Positions 49,491 to 62,785 of a stretch of DNA of 64,000 bases are shown in pieces. Origin of the DNA: Azolla caroliniana (taxonomy: Eukaryota > Plantae > Polypodiophyta); the NCBI GenBank assembly GCA_043228905.1, contig JBHGNT010000007.1, forward strand, positions 13,206,001 through 13,270,000, in the 5' to 3' direction. The first letter of the stretch is position 1, and every line of letters starts with the position of its first letter. Both the position numbers and the translations under genes were made by a program. The notes below the pieces were generated by a model, which worked only from the letters and a program-made list of their open reading frames with translations, ran no database searches and had not been told where the DNA came from.

Positions 49491-51499
49491 CGAGGTTTAT
49501 GCCTAACGTCTAAGCATCCATGGACTTTATGCCTCCCTCCACTAAGAAATTTTTATTTTATATCCCTGTTTTTTATGGTTTTAGAAATACACATTTGAAA
49601 CCCTCTAGAAAACATTTTAGCTTCATACTAAGCCCAAAATAGGCTTCATATTTAGGCATTTAGTAGTAGATTATATAAAGTGTTCCTACTATGTTGGATG
49701 AACTCCTAAATTGTTGTTAGGGAACTTAATCTATATATTATTTAGCTTCAATCTTAGAAACATATCATTGTCATGGATGTTATGAGTTCATATATGCTAC
49801 GTATATCAAAATACAAATGATAGTGAACAATGTATGGAGGTCATTGAGCCATCATGAGGAGTTGAAGACTTCCAAAGCTTGTGTCCACCATCCCCAACCG
49901 CTTCTTTATTTTTACTTTATTTCGATACCCCTTCTGGCATGACACCCTGGTGTATGACCTCTAGAGACAATAATAATGTCTATCTTATATCGTAAACACA
50001 CATGCACACATCTTCATAAAAAAGAATAACATATCAAGGGTTTCCCACACAATAAAACATTATATTTGTATGTTTTACTAATCATATAGCCTATTTGACA
50101 AATATTGTTTTGCCACACATTATAAAATTGTGTAAGGCTCTAATCTTTTACCTTAATACAATTACACAACTATAAATTGTGATTAAACACTCTATACTTA
50201 TTAGAATATTTTGTGTGTGCATTCTCATCACCGGATTAAAACATACTCAAATCTCACATGCAATGAAAGATGTAGGATCTATAATGTGTTTGCAATTTTA
50301 ATACTTTTGATGCTTTTTTTGGTGACCACATTACATTAGAGAGGGAATGGTGATCTATTGACGGTTAAAGGAACAAGAGATGGGGATACAAGTGGAATAA
50401 CTAGACGGGGATACACTACTTTGAAAGGGGCCAAAACATTACTAAAGCCTAAAAAGGTAATTATTGTGTTTGTATAGTTCTATTTCTTGAACTTTGATAT
50501 TTAGGTTAAGCCTCTCTCTCTCTCTCTGCCTTTTTTATCATAAACTTTTTATCATAATTAGTTTACCCCCAATGGTAAGTCGTTACACTACTAGCACAGT
50601 GACTACATCTTGGGTTCAAAACCCAAATTTCCCACGTCTCTAGTACTCCATAGATATTTCTTATTTTACTAGATGCCAATGTGGAATGTATGGGTTGAAC
50701 CCATGACCACATGTTCTCCATTGGGAAACCTTACCAATCGAGCTACATCCATCTTGACTCTCTCTCTCTCTCTCATGTAGAAAACACAATGGAAATAGTG
50801 TGATTGACTTGTGCTAATTTCTGAAGGTATTTTAGATCGCATACATAAGTTCTCACTTGGTGAATGGACACTAGAATCCGACCATAGAACTTTATGTATT
50901 GACCTCAAATGTATGCATAGGTTTGATTGTGAGAAGGCCATTGAAGATAATAAACAACCTCACTTGAGCATAAACCTTAAGTGAGAGCTTGTGCATTCTA
51001 AGATGGTTGAGGATTTGTTACAAATGACAAATATATAACATGGTACCGCACTAAAATAGAAATGGGAAGCTTTCAAGAAAGTCATTTTCTTATGCACAAA
51101 AAAGTGCATGAGTACAAAAAGCTTATACAAAGAAAGAGAAGAATATGGGAAGTTACTTAACAATTTATTCAAACACAAGAAAAAACAATTGCATGTGCTA
51201 AATTTTGGGGAAATGTGTCGAGAGTTCTAGTTACTTAACCCTTCTTGAATCCCCAGTAATGTAAGAATTTATATGAGCTATCTTTTGTGGGAAAGATGAT
51301 GTGTTATGGTTCTCTTTCACATATGTCTCCCTTTTTTACAATTGAAGATAAACTCATAGAACTTAAGAAAACTCCCTCCCCAAAGGCAAGTGATCTTCAA
51401 TGTATAATGGTTGAAATGCTCAAATGGCTGGAAAAGAAAGCACATGCATAGATAAGTGTTATTTTTATTCATGCATTGCAACATGACATGTCCTATGAT

Positions 51500-51685
51500 T
51501 AGACTACAAACCAATCAAACCTTAACACAAAAGTTGGAGATGTTGTAAACAATTATCGAACCATCATAGTTGGCTTACTAATGACAAAACGATTTAGATG
51601 TATAATGGAATCAAAGATAAGAATATGAGCTAAAAAAAATGGTACTAAGAGAGCTTATGGATAGGTTGACTTTCAAAAACACCGT
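51500..51685 (+). pseudogene. LINE reverse transcriptase remnant
   Basis: Translates to ..NYRTIIVG..MESKIRI*AKKNGTKRAYG*VDFQKH, like the NYRxI...QxGFR motifs of non-LTR RTs; cut by an LTR end at 51686. Confidence 0.5.
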
Positions 51686-52696
51686 TGTCGCGATAACATG
51701 CGTGAGTGTGCTACTTGAGTGGAACCACGGAGGTCTTGAACTAGGAAGTCGAAAAGGGGAAGAGAAAGTTGAAGATTCCTGATCGTCAAAGAAGTCTCCT
51801 CGTCGACCTAAGGGCTCGTCGAGTGTTCAGTTGTCGTGCTTTGGCTCATCGATCACACATCGAGTATTCACTTGTCGACTTTTTGCACTCGTCAAATTTT
51901 CCTCTTGTAAAAAAAACTTAGGGCTTTTGATGCGAACAGAGTGACGACCTGTATGATGGTTAACACGCGATTATGGGAATATTCGCGAGATTAAGACAAA
52001 AAATGAGGAAAATGTACAACGAATACCTTATAAATGAAGTATTACAATTATTAACGACAAGCTACCACGATTCGGTGGTTTATACAAATGATCATACAAT
52101 CAAAATACAACGAAAACAAAATGATTGAGAGGATGATCAAAGGTTCCCAGTAAAGGTGAGTTTCGTTGGTCACCGAGCACAACTGGGTGAAAACATGGGA
52201 GTGGGAACAATTAGTTGTGTCCTTGACATAGTTAATTAGCTATGCAAAAAGCTATCGGTGATTTAGTCTTTTTGAACCATGAATGGAAACATTAGAATGT
52301 TTTAATGATATAAATGAGCACCATAAACGCGCACCATAAATGGAAATGTGCACCATAATTGGAAACATTAGAATGTTTTAATTATATAAATGAGCACCAT
52401 AAATGGAAACATTAATTATATACCATTATGCATGATCCATTACCACATCATGTTGGCCATCTTACATGCTCATCTTTGCTTGTACCCATTTGATCACTTG
52501 GCTTGTGGTTCTAAAACATTCAGCGAGTCGTGATCAACGAAAGCCACCAGCCCCACAAAAGGGGCAACGAGCCCTTGCTCGGGAAGGGGTCGAGATGTAG
52601 TATTGTTGTAAAGCAAACCTCGGGTCTTCTCTATCCCTTTAGTACTCTCTAGTCCAAGACCCCCGTGGTCCCGCCCAAGTAACACACTTTGCGACA
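51686..52696. mobile_element. Composite bounded by two inverted LTR U5 ends (TGTCG...CGACA clade)
   Basis: 51686-51745 is similar to the reverse complement of 52649-52696; flanks CCGT and ACGT. Confidence 0.6.
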
Positions 52697-52724
52697 ACGT
52701 TGGCCATCACTTTGTGACTATTCA

Positions 52725-53200
52725 GGCTTGATTGCTGCCATTGTTCGCTCTGACTGAGTTCACTTCTCCATTGCTGCCATTGTTCGCTCTGACTTAATTG
52801 CCGCCATTGTTTGGTCCTAGATTGTTGCCACAGTTCGCTCTGACTAAGTTAGCTCCTCCATTGTATGCTCAATTGTTGCCACTGTTTGCTCCTCGATTGA
52901 TGCCGTTATTCGCTACACGGTTCATTGATGATTTTACTTGCATTGGGTGTTAGTATTGTTGTTAGCCACTTGCAGCTTCTAAAACCGTCACTTTCGAACA
53001 CTTAGCCGCCACTATTCGCTCCTTTATTGCTAGCTAGCCATTGCATCTATATCTTCGTATGTTATAATCTTGTGTATTGTTGTGTATAATCTTGTGTATT
53101 GAAGAATAATTTTGTGTATTGTTGTTGCCGATAGTCATCACCGCCACCACACTCGCACACTTGCCACCACTATTCCCAACGGTGGTTGCAATTGCCACTG
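52725..53200 (+). repeat. Degenerate tandem repeats (TTGCTGCCATTGTTCGCTC-like)
   Basis: The motif recurs about 8-10 times. Confidence 0.65.
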
Positions 53201-53298
53201 TGTGCTCTGGAAAACGGTGGGATCGCTCTTGTCAATAACCGGTTTGCATGTGGTATAGTCATTTAACATCTCGTTTTTTTTTCAATTTACTAATCAAG

Positions 53299-54062
53299 AT
53301 GTCAAGTCAGATGGAAGGGGAAGGAGGGTGTTTATCAACAGCCCTCATGGATAATTAGGATAGGGATAAGGCTATTAGTACACAACAAGTGATACGAAAG
53401 TATTGGGCAGAAAAAAAGAAACGTCGTCAAATGTTAAAGGATAATAAATACACATCAACTAAATGTAAGGATAGTATTGGTTGTGATGTAGATCTGAATA
53501 CCACTGAGAATGGAAGTAATGAGACTACTAACATATAGAGAAAGCTTGTAGACTATTTCAATGTTGTGACCAAGCACATCAACAATGAAGACAAGAAGGT
53601 AATACTTTATGGAATATTAAATGATCCATTGATAAAAGAATTAGTTGATTTTGATGCTCTCAATGGAAACCTAACATCTGTATTAGTAAATAATCTCCTT
53701 AATAGTTAAGTCAACATGAGCAGGTTAGAAGATGATCTTGTCTTAAAAAGTTGTAGTCTAATGATGGTACTTAATAGTGATGTTAACGATGATGATCTTA
53801 ACATCAGTGTGCTATCTAAGGTAATTGTTGGTAGTAGAAAAAGTGTGTACAATACAATGAACCGATTAATTTCAGGTGGTGAAGGAAGTAGTCTGCTAAA
53901 TGTAAGCCAATGACACCCATAACATAAAAAATCAAGGATATAATCACCATATTTTGGACTAATGAGAGTAGGGTTTCACCCAATAAGAAGGATTTGTGTA
54001 GGAAACGTTTTGGAAAGAATCAATGTGAGGAGCATCCCATTCATCTTCTTGAAGTACCTCAG
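53299..54062 (+). pseudogene. Decayed coding exon of an unknown, probably transposon-associated protein
   Basis: Codon-like run MSSQMEG...KYWAEKKKRR...FWTNESRVSPNKKDLCRKRFGKNQCEEHPIHLL with stops, ending at a CAG|GT donor. Confidence 0.4.
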
Positions 54063-54169
54063 GTCTTTACATTAAATATTTCATCTTCCGTTTTGATTAT
54101 TAAGCTTATTATCACAAGTCTATGCACTATTGACATTACAATCACTAGGTAATTAACTGCAATAACTTG

Positions 54170-54720
54170 TGGCCTGAGCTTCTATCTACATCAGGACATA
54201 GCTGATTAGCTATATTCAGTTGTAGTCAAGGCTAATTAGGTAAATAGCTACATTAGGTATCAGCCATAGGTAATTAGCTACATAAGGTAGGGGCATAACT
54301 AGTTAGCAACATTAGCTCTAGATAGCTATGTCTCCTATTCAAGTACATAACCGGATGACAATAACTAACTAGCTATTGGCAATAGCTAATTAGCTACATC
54401 AGAATATGATCATAGCTAATTAGCTACAACCGGATGTCAATAGCTTACTAACTACTACTAATGGTGAACTAGCTACTGGTAATAGCAAACTAGTGACATT
54501 AGAATATGATCATAGCTAAATAGCTAACTAGCGACATCAAAATATGAGCATAACTAATTAGCTACAACCACTAGTCGTAGTCAATTCTAGATAGCTATGT
54601 CTCCTACTTTAGTACCTAACCGACTGGCAATAGCTAACTAGCTACTAGCGATAGCTAATTAGCTACAATCGCAATTAGTAAGTTCTAGATAGCTATGTCT
54701 CCTACTTATGAACTGCTAAG
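54170..54720. repeat. TAGCTA-rich degenerate tandem array
   Basis: Many TAGCTA / AATTAGCTAC units and three copies of CTAGATAGCTATGTCTCCTA. Confidence 0.8.
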
Positions 54721-55065
54721 CATAATTGACCGGAATCCCTTCTTATTACGCAGGTAGATTTATTAATTAGCTACCGATGCAGATTTTTGAAGCGGATGAC
54801 GAACTATGGAACCGTCTCATGTGGTTCCTGGTATATGGCATAGGACTAGCTCATGAGCTCTCACTATGGAATACGCCGATGGAAAAGACGAATGAACTTT
54901 TCGCGCAACTACTGGAAATCCCAAAATTCAACCAAGTTGTGCTGCAAATACCAGTTGGTCGCTTGCCCTTCTAACGATAAGCCGAACTCGGCTTTCTTAA
55001 ATGCATTGGTGTCCTGCTCGACCACTCTTTGTGATACGTGGTTGGCCTTCCACGTTGTCAGGAAA

Positions 55066-55263
55066 TGTTGAGAGTCGAACTCAATTTCCCATAGAGATAG
55101 GTTTCACACTAGCTCATGGACACACCATGCTAGTTTTGTAAATAGTTGAAAGGGCACTTGCCCTAGCCTAGTTGGTATTTAAACCAACCCTTTGTAACTT
55201 AGTTGTCATTGGAAGTAATATACAGTTTCTTGTTCGATCTCTCTCTCTCTCTCTCTCTTTGTG

Positions 55264-55330
<67 letters not shown>

Positions 55331-58300
55331 GTTATCTTCCACTGCACTAAATCTTTCTCGTTTCTTTCCATGGGATCAAAGCGTGTGGTTATCTGATCAA
55401 ACTCGTTCAACTGTGTTGTGATCACAACACCAACGATCATCAGAACCGGTTCAAGCAATAGAGAAGAAATTGAAATCATGAACACTCATATGGGAAGCGC
55501 TCTTCCTATAGAGAAGCTATAGATCGAACAAAATTCGCATCTTGGGAGTACAAGATGCATCAATACATTGTCGGACAAGGCTACTGGAGCTATATTGAAG
55601 GTGCCCACGAAATGCAACCCAACCCAACACACACCGACTACCCAACTTGGAAGCAGGCCGTGAGCTATGTGTTGTACTACCTTGCATTATGCGTTCATGA
55701 TCACATGCTCGGCTACATTCGATAGTTGAAAACGCCGAAAGAGATGTGGGGCAATCTCAAGAAACTTTTCGTAGCCAACACAGCTGCACGTAAGCTCCAA
55801 CTCCGGCAGGAGCTAAATAGTATTCAACAGAAGGACATGTCAATCTGCACCTACAACTTGAAGATCAAGGAGTTGTGCGATGCCCTCGCGTCGATTAATG
55901 TCTTCATTGACGATGATGAAATGGTGCAAATATGCCTCAGGGGCTTGGCACCTCGATTCAACACAATAAGGTCGGCCGTTCTCGCAAGAGAGAATCGTCC
56001 CTCCTTTGATCTCCAGTTGATACTGCTGGTCGAAGAAAATCATGTTCAACAAAGGAACGACTCACATGATGGTCAGATGCTCTATTCAAACCTCGATGAA
56101 GGAAGAGGAGAAGGTTGAAGAAATAGAGGCCGATTTGGACGAGGCCGACACAACGAAGAGCAACCCCGTGAAAACAACTTCTACTATCGACAAGACACGT
56201 CAAACATGCGAGGCGGAGCGTCCGGAAGAAGGTGGAGCCATCCTATCAGACCAAGCAATCGTAACAGCCCGATCGAATGTGGGTACTGAGGAAAAATCAG
56301 CCACTACGAAGAGGAGTGCCGAAAGAAGAAGTGAGACTCCGCTTCGACCAGTCGACAACTCACGATTACGCATCGAATTCCGAGTACGACGATCTTAGTG
56401 GAATGTTCATGATGAGGCACAAAGCACACTCAATGATGACACAAGGTGAAACAAGCACCACGCCCTCAGATAATATATGGTTTGTTGACTCGGGAGCATC
56501 CAATCATATGACATCTCATGAAGATTGGTTCCAAGTAATTACGAAAGCTCGAACGACCTAGATATGTCAAAACAGGTGATGACACGATTCATTCAATACG
56601 GAATATCGGGAATGTCCCATTCGGAAATGACGGCAAACAAACCTACCCCAAAAACGTCCTGCATGTCCCAACCATCACAGAAAACCTGATCTCGGTCGGC
56701 CGGATTGTCGAAAAAGAGTGCAAGTGCGATTCAACATTGACAGATGCTTCATTGAAAAAGACGATCGAGTCGTAGCTCACGGCCTTCGAGAAGGCCGAAT
56801 GTTTATCCTCAAGTCGAGCGAGGTGAAGTCCGCTATGTTTGCTAATGGCATCAAAGTCGAAATTGACTGAAACTATGGCACAAGCGAATTGACCACATCA
56901 ACCTCTAGAAGCTCCAGAATATGCAATCAAAAGGAGTCGTAATCGGACTCCCGAACTTTAACAAGAAGGAGATTGCAAGCATATGTGAGGCATGCCACTT
57001 TGAAAAACAATGCCGACATCCATTTCCAAAAGAGTGGAATGTGAGCAAAGGGATCCTAGATGTCGTACATTTAGATGTATGGGTTCCAGCACAATCAACC
57101 ACATTCGGCGGATGCCGATATTATGTCACGTTCATCCACGACTTCTCCAAGCACACCTGGATCTACTCGATGAAACACAAGAACGAAGTGTTCAGCCACT
57201 TCCAAAGGTTCAAAAATGAAGTCGAAAAGGCTACGAGACAACATGTACAATGTCTTCGATTAGATGGAGGCAAAGAATAATTCTCAGACGAATTTACAAC
57301 ATATCTTCGAAAGGAAGGAATTCAACGAGAATTCTCATGTTGGCACACACCTCAACAAAACCACCTAGCCGAGCGGAAAAATCGGCACATAGTAGAGGTT
57401 TCACGGGCGATGATGAACGATGTCATAAAGATTTTCGCCAACGGTGTGAAAATTGAATGGAATGTACAAAATCGAGCGTGGTTCTTCACACACAACATAA
57501 AACAATAATAGTGAAGATACTATTTTATACTAGTTTAATATCTTGGTACAAAAAGATGGAGGTCTTCAAGAGCTTTCGAATACACTTTACCACATAAGAA
57601 ACGAACAAGTAAGTGACAAGTTATGTGGGTATGAAGTTTGCGACGATGAAGAGAAAAAACAAAACTACGAGATATCCCACATAGACAAGACAAATAAGGA
57701 TCCCGGATTATATAAGCAGGGCCAAAATCTATTACTTTGTGTCTATGAGTGGATCATAGAATGTTCAAGGTGACTTGAGCTAAACTAATTGGATGAAAGG
57801 TTTTGGCCGACCAGAACCGGGCGGCGACCGAGACTGGGACCGGATGGCGACGGACGGGATTAGATTGAACCGGTCGGGATAGACTGATTGGTCGGTTGAT
57901 CGTGGTGCATGGTAGTATTTTGTGTTTTAAAAGGGATGTGAGCAAGGCTTGAACCTTGCACATCCAAGATAGGAAGCAATATACTTACCACTAAGCCAAG
58001 TCATTGACTTAGAAGTTATATTTTTATCATTATACTTTTACATGTAAATTCTCATACATGAGAGCTTAGATGATGACATGGCAAGCATGCATTGCATGCA
58101 TTTCATGCATTACGTGCATGTCTTGCACCCTCACATGCACCATATGCATGGGGGCATCTATAAAAGAGTGGAGGAATCAAGCAAATGAGACTAAGGAAAA
58201 ATTTGGGAAAAATAAGAAACTTGTAATCCTATTGTTGATGTATCTTCTCTCTTAAATCTAAAAGTTAAAAGTTCAATCTTTATCTCAATATCTCTCTTTT

Positions 58301-61175
58301 GTCATATCAATCTCTCTCAATCTATCTTAAATACTTTCTTGCTAAAGTTAGTGCAAACTTCGAATCCTTCCGGTCCAGGACCCCGGTGGTTCCGCCTCAC
58401 GATCCGCACGTAGTGATGGATCTTCACGACAATGAGAAAAACCTGTCGAAATCAGACTTTGCAGAAGTGGCTAGCACAATCGTATACCTAATGAAAAGGT
58501 GTACACGACATAACCCCGTATGAGATGTTTTTCGAAAAGAAGCCTGAGTTATCACATGTGCGTATTTTCGGCTCAATCGCCTATATGCACATTCCCGACG
58601 AGACGTAACAAAAGCTCGACCCGAAGTTGGAGAAATGTATGCTCGTAGGATACTCACTGGAGCAAAAGGGGTACAAGTGCTATAACCCCTCAACTTGAAA
58701 AGCTTGAGTAAGTCGAGAGCTCGTTTTCAATGAGTCTGCATCAACTTCGACTATGATTCCGCTCAACCCGGAATCTGCCGAAATAGAGATAGAAGGCGAA
58801 GATTGTCCCACACACATGTTTGAAGAAAGCCCGATTACGACAAGGCTTAGTGGGCCTCAAGAGCCTTGGAGCGATCAAAGCACATTGAACCCGAGTCCGA
58901 AGCTGGACAAAGGGTAGGCGAAAATGCCAGAATATAAAGACTTGATGGACAATGAGTCAACTCACAGTGAGTTTGAAGGCCTCGACATCCAAACAAATGG
59001 AGTGAAGAAAGCCATTGCGGTTGCAAATGAAAAACTTTGTCGGTCCACCCGTGGAAAGAACCCCATAAGTCGATACGGCTACGATGAGTACATGGCATAC
59101 CATTACGCCTTTATGATGAAGGTTGCGCAACTGTACGAGAGCCGGAAACCTTTTCCGAAGCTGCCAAGGACCCGTGATGGGTCGATGCGATGAATGAAGA
59201 AATGCAAGCATTATGTAAAATCGAGACATGGGATCTCGTTCCTTAGTCTTCGCACAAGAAAGCGATTGGATGTAGATGGATTTACAAAGTGAAATATAAT
59301 GCTGACGGTTCTGTAAATCGCTTCAAAGCACGACTCGTAGCGAAAGGATACGCACAAACACATGGAGTCGAATACGAAGAGACCTTTTCCCTTGTGGCAA
59401 AGATGACAATGGTGTGGACCGTGATCGCACTCACAACAGTGAAAGGGTGGCACCTCCACCAGATGGACGTCAAGAATGCCTTTCTTGAAGGCGAATTGGA
59501 AGAGGAGGTGTACATAGTACAACCACTTGGCTTTGAATCGCGTACTCATCCAAAAGTTGTGTGTTGACTCAAGAAGCCGCTCTATGGTCTTAACCAAGCA
59601 CCACGTGCTTGGTATTTGAAGATCAAGCAGTATCTTCACCAAATCGGATTTTGAATGTCGAAATTGGACAACTCCCTGCACATCCGAAATGAGTCGAACA
59701 ACTTGATTGTCATCATCCTATACGTGGATGATTTGGTAATCGGAGGACTAAATCTAGCCAAAGTCAATACGGTGAAATCACTCCTATCCGGGAGATTTGA
59801 AATGAAGGATATGCAGGAGCTCCATTACTTCCTTGGCATCGAAGTAATTCGGACACTAGTCAGGATCCTAATCTCTCAAAGGAACTACATTCTCAACTTA
59901 CACTACAAGTTCAGAATGACCGAGTGCAAACTTGTGTCTACTCCTCTTGACCGTAATCTCAAGCTCGATGTTGATTCTGACACAATTGACTGCGAGCCAA
60001 CTCAGTATCGCCAACTGATCGGCAACCTCATCTACCTAACCATCACACGACCTGACCTCAGCTATTCTGTCGGCCTACTTAGCCAATTCATGCAAAACCC
60101 ACGAAATCTCCATCTTGATTGCGCTATGAGGATACTTCGGTATGTCAATGGTACGATGGATTACGACATTATGTGCAAGTTGAATACGCTTATTCGACTC
60201 GAAGGGTACATAGACGCGGACTGGGCCGGATATAAGGACGATAGACGATCGACATCCAGATTCTTCTTCTCCCTCGGCAACGGAGCGATCTTGTGGAGCA
60301 ACAAGAAGCAACCGACAATTGCAGTGTCGAGCACGGAGGCTGAATTCAGGGGCGCGGCAGTTGTTGCATGCAAAGTTGTATGGCTGAAGTGCGTACTAAA
60401 GGATCTGGGCATACGCATCAAAGATCCAATTTGCTTATATTGCGACAACATGAACAATATCTACCTAGCTCGCAATCCCGTATTTCACGCGCGGACAAAA
60501 CACATTGAAGTGCACTACCGCTTCATTCGCGAGCGTGTTCAATCTACAACACATCAGTACACACCTTCAAGTTGCTGATATCTTTACGAAGGCCTTAGGA
60601 GTCAACCAGCTCGGGAAATTCGCATCCAACCTTGGTCTTATGATATCCACATTGCCGAGCTTGAGGGGAAGTAGAACAAGCGACACAGAAGCTATCAATA
60701 AGCAACCCGATTAGTTGATCACAACAAACCGGATGATTTGAAGTACAATGGCAGCAGTTGAGTCGAAAAAGGAGCATGAAGGCAAAAAGCCGAACAAGAG
60801 TTCGGATGAGTAGGATTACGAAAGCAAGAAGCTGATTCATTCGAATCGAAGTACTCTGAAGACCGAACCAAAACAACTTTTCAACAAATGGAAGTTGTGT
60901 TCGAAGGGGCGTGTTGAGAGTCAAACTCAACTTCCCATAGAGACAAGTTTCACACTAGCTCATGGACACACCAGGCTAGTTTTGTAAATAGTTGAAAGGG
61001 CACTTGCCCTAGCCTAGTTGGTATTTAAACCAACCCTCTGTAACTTAGTTGTCGTTGGAAGTAATATACAGTTTCTTGTTCGATCTCTCTCTCTCTGTGT
61101 GTGTGTGTGTGTCTTTACACACACACACACACACAGTCATCTTCCACTGCACTAAATCTTTCTCATTTCTTTACA
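55066..61175 (+). mobile_element. Full-length decayed Ty1/copia element I
   Basis: LTRs 55066-55370 and 60912-61175, TSD GGAAA/GGAAT, degenerate Met PBS TGGGATCAAAGC, PPT GAAGGGGCG; KARLVAKGY, QMDVKNAFL, LYVDD, DADWAG, RTKHIEVHY. Confidence 0.95.
57421..58431 (+). mobile_element. Solo LTR inserted in the copia I integrase
   Basis: TGTCATAAAGAT...ATCTTCACGACA; 4-bp TSD ACGA/ATGA; removing it restores MMNEKNL. Confidence 0.9.
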
Positions 61176-62785
61176 GGAATGCACGCAAATGAGCCTTAGT
61201 GTTGGCCTCATCATTGTACGTCGGGTAGGGGTACGACATTGTGTCACTGTCAAGATCATCTGCTACCTAGTGTGGTGGACTATTGTCCCAATCAGTGGTA
61301 TGGTGAGTGTGGACACCGTTGTGATCGACCTCGAAACTATTGCCACTAATTGTTACTAGTTCGGGTTGCACTTTCAAGTGGGCTTCCAATGCTTGTTGGT
61401 TTTTCTCGGTGAGTGTTGATTCCACCACACTCTCTTCATGTTCTGTCTTTTGGAAGTCCAACAGAGGCTGCTTTGTGAGCGCTACCTCTATCCTGCGTCA
61501 GGAGTCTGCCCGAGGATGGGGTTTGCTCTTGTCATCTCTTTGCTCCCTCTTCAACTAGACGACATCCATCCCCTTGCTATTCTCAGTGTCTTCACAGATC
61601 GACCAGGCTTGCTAAAAGTGTTATCGACTTAGAGCAACAAAGTGTCGGATACTCGTTCCTTCAAAATCCGGCTCAAGGTCTTGTGGTAGGGAGACAGAGG
61701 TATAGGCAAGTTCTATGCCTTAGAGGAACCTGAAAACATGTACAGGTACAATTACCTACATGGTTACGAATCGAGGTATTGTGACTGTGGAGACTTAGAT
61801 CTGAGCCGGCTACAACCGACTGGTTATGTGCACGATATACAAAACGATTAAAGAAAGCTCGACACAGATGAAACTCTGGAAACAGAGACAGAGATAGAGT
61901 ATAAGCAAAATAGATTTCTACTATAAGACATGACTTAATATACTGTTACAACCGATCTACTCTTACATCCTTCCCATGTCCCTTTTTATACGGAGCATGG
62001 GCGGTTACGTCTAGAACGTGAACCACTACTACTAATAATTATTTGCACCACTCCCTATCCGGCCCCACCCACCTTCTATTTGCCCCATAACTGTCCTTTA
62101 GCCTTTTCACACTTGGGTTGTCCTGACGGCCAACATTGATTAGTCTTGAGTCCATAGTAGTGGGAGTCGGCTGGGAAGACGACTCTAACTTCTGTTGTTT
62201 CCAATCTTCAATCGTCTTGTCTTCCATAACTACTATGTCTCGACTCCTCACCACTTTCTTTTTGAGTATATCCCATAGCTTGTAGTCGAATTCATCCTTT
62301 GAGTACCCTAGGAATATGCATGGTTTCGACTTGTTGTCGACTTTCGACCTCTGATCCTTAGCAACATGCATGTATGACAAGCACCCAAACACCTTCCAGT
62401 GTTGATAAGACACATCTTTACCTATCCACACAAGTTGTGGTACATCACCTATCAGGGGCATTTAGGGAGACCTGTTAATCAGATAGATAGTTGTTAGCAT
62501 GGCTTCAGCCCAATATGACTTTGGACGCTTTGAATGTGACAACATGCTCCTCACTCTTTCCATTATTGTTTGATTCATCCTCTCTGCAAGAACATTCAAT
62601 TCAGGGATCTTAGGCACTGTATATTCTCATTTTATGCCTTGAGTCTTGCAATACTCCTCAAATTGTCCTCGTTATTCGCCACCATTGCCGATCTAGATAG
62701 CCTTCAACTTTCTTCCAAACTCTCTTTCAGCTCTGGCCTCAAATTTCTAAAAGATCGACAACACTTGGTCTTTCGACTTTAGCAC

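Larger units (their letters stand above)
54730..62030 (-). mobile_element. Gypsy element J (family of A): gag fragment plus 5' LTR 61619-~62030, split by copia I
   Basis: Minus-strand gag reads EANTKAHLRAF|LTTWKANHVSQR..EFGLSLEG across the insertion; the PBS/LTR junction CAGATCGACCAGGCTTGCTAAAAGTGTTATCGAC mirrors A at 4530-4562. Confidence 0.8.

Noticed and set aside
45909-51200. Short ORFs in microsatellite-rich intergenic DNA
   Set aside because: Low-complexity translations with no recognisable domains; 50650-51200 may be a very decayed LINE tail but is too weak to call.
28923-61175. One giant copia element bounded by the LTRs at 28923 and 60912 capturing RNMT
   Set aside because: The LTR at 28923 is clearly diverged from 55066/60912, which pair with each other and share a TSD.
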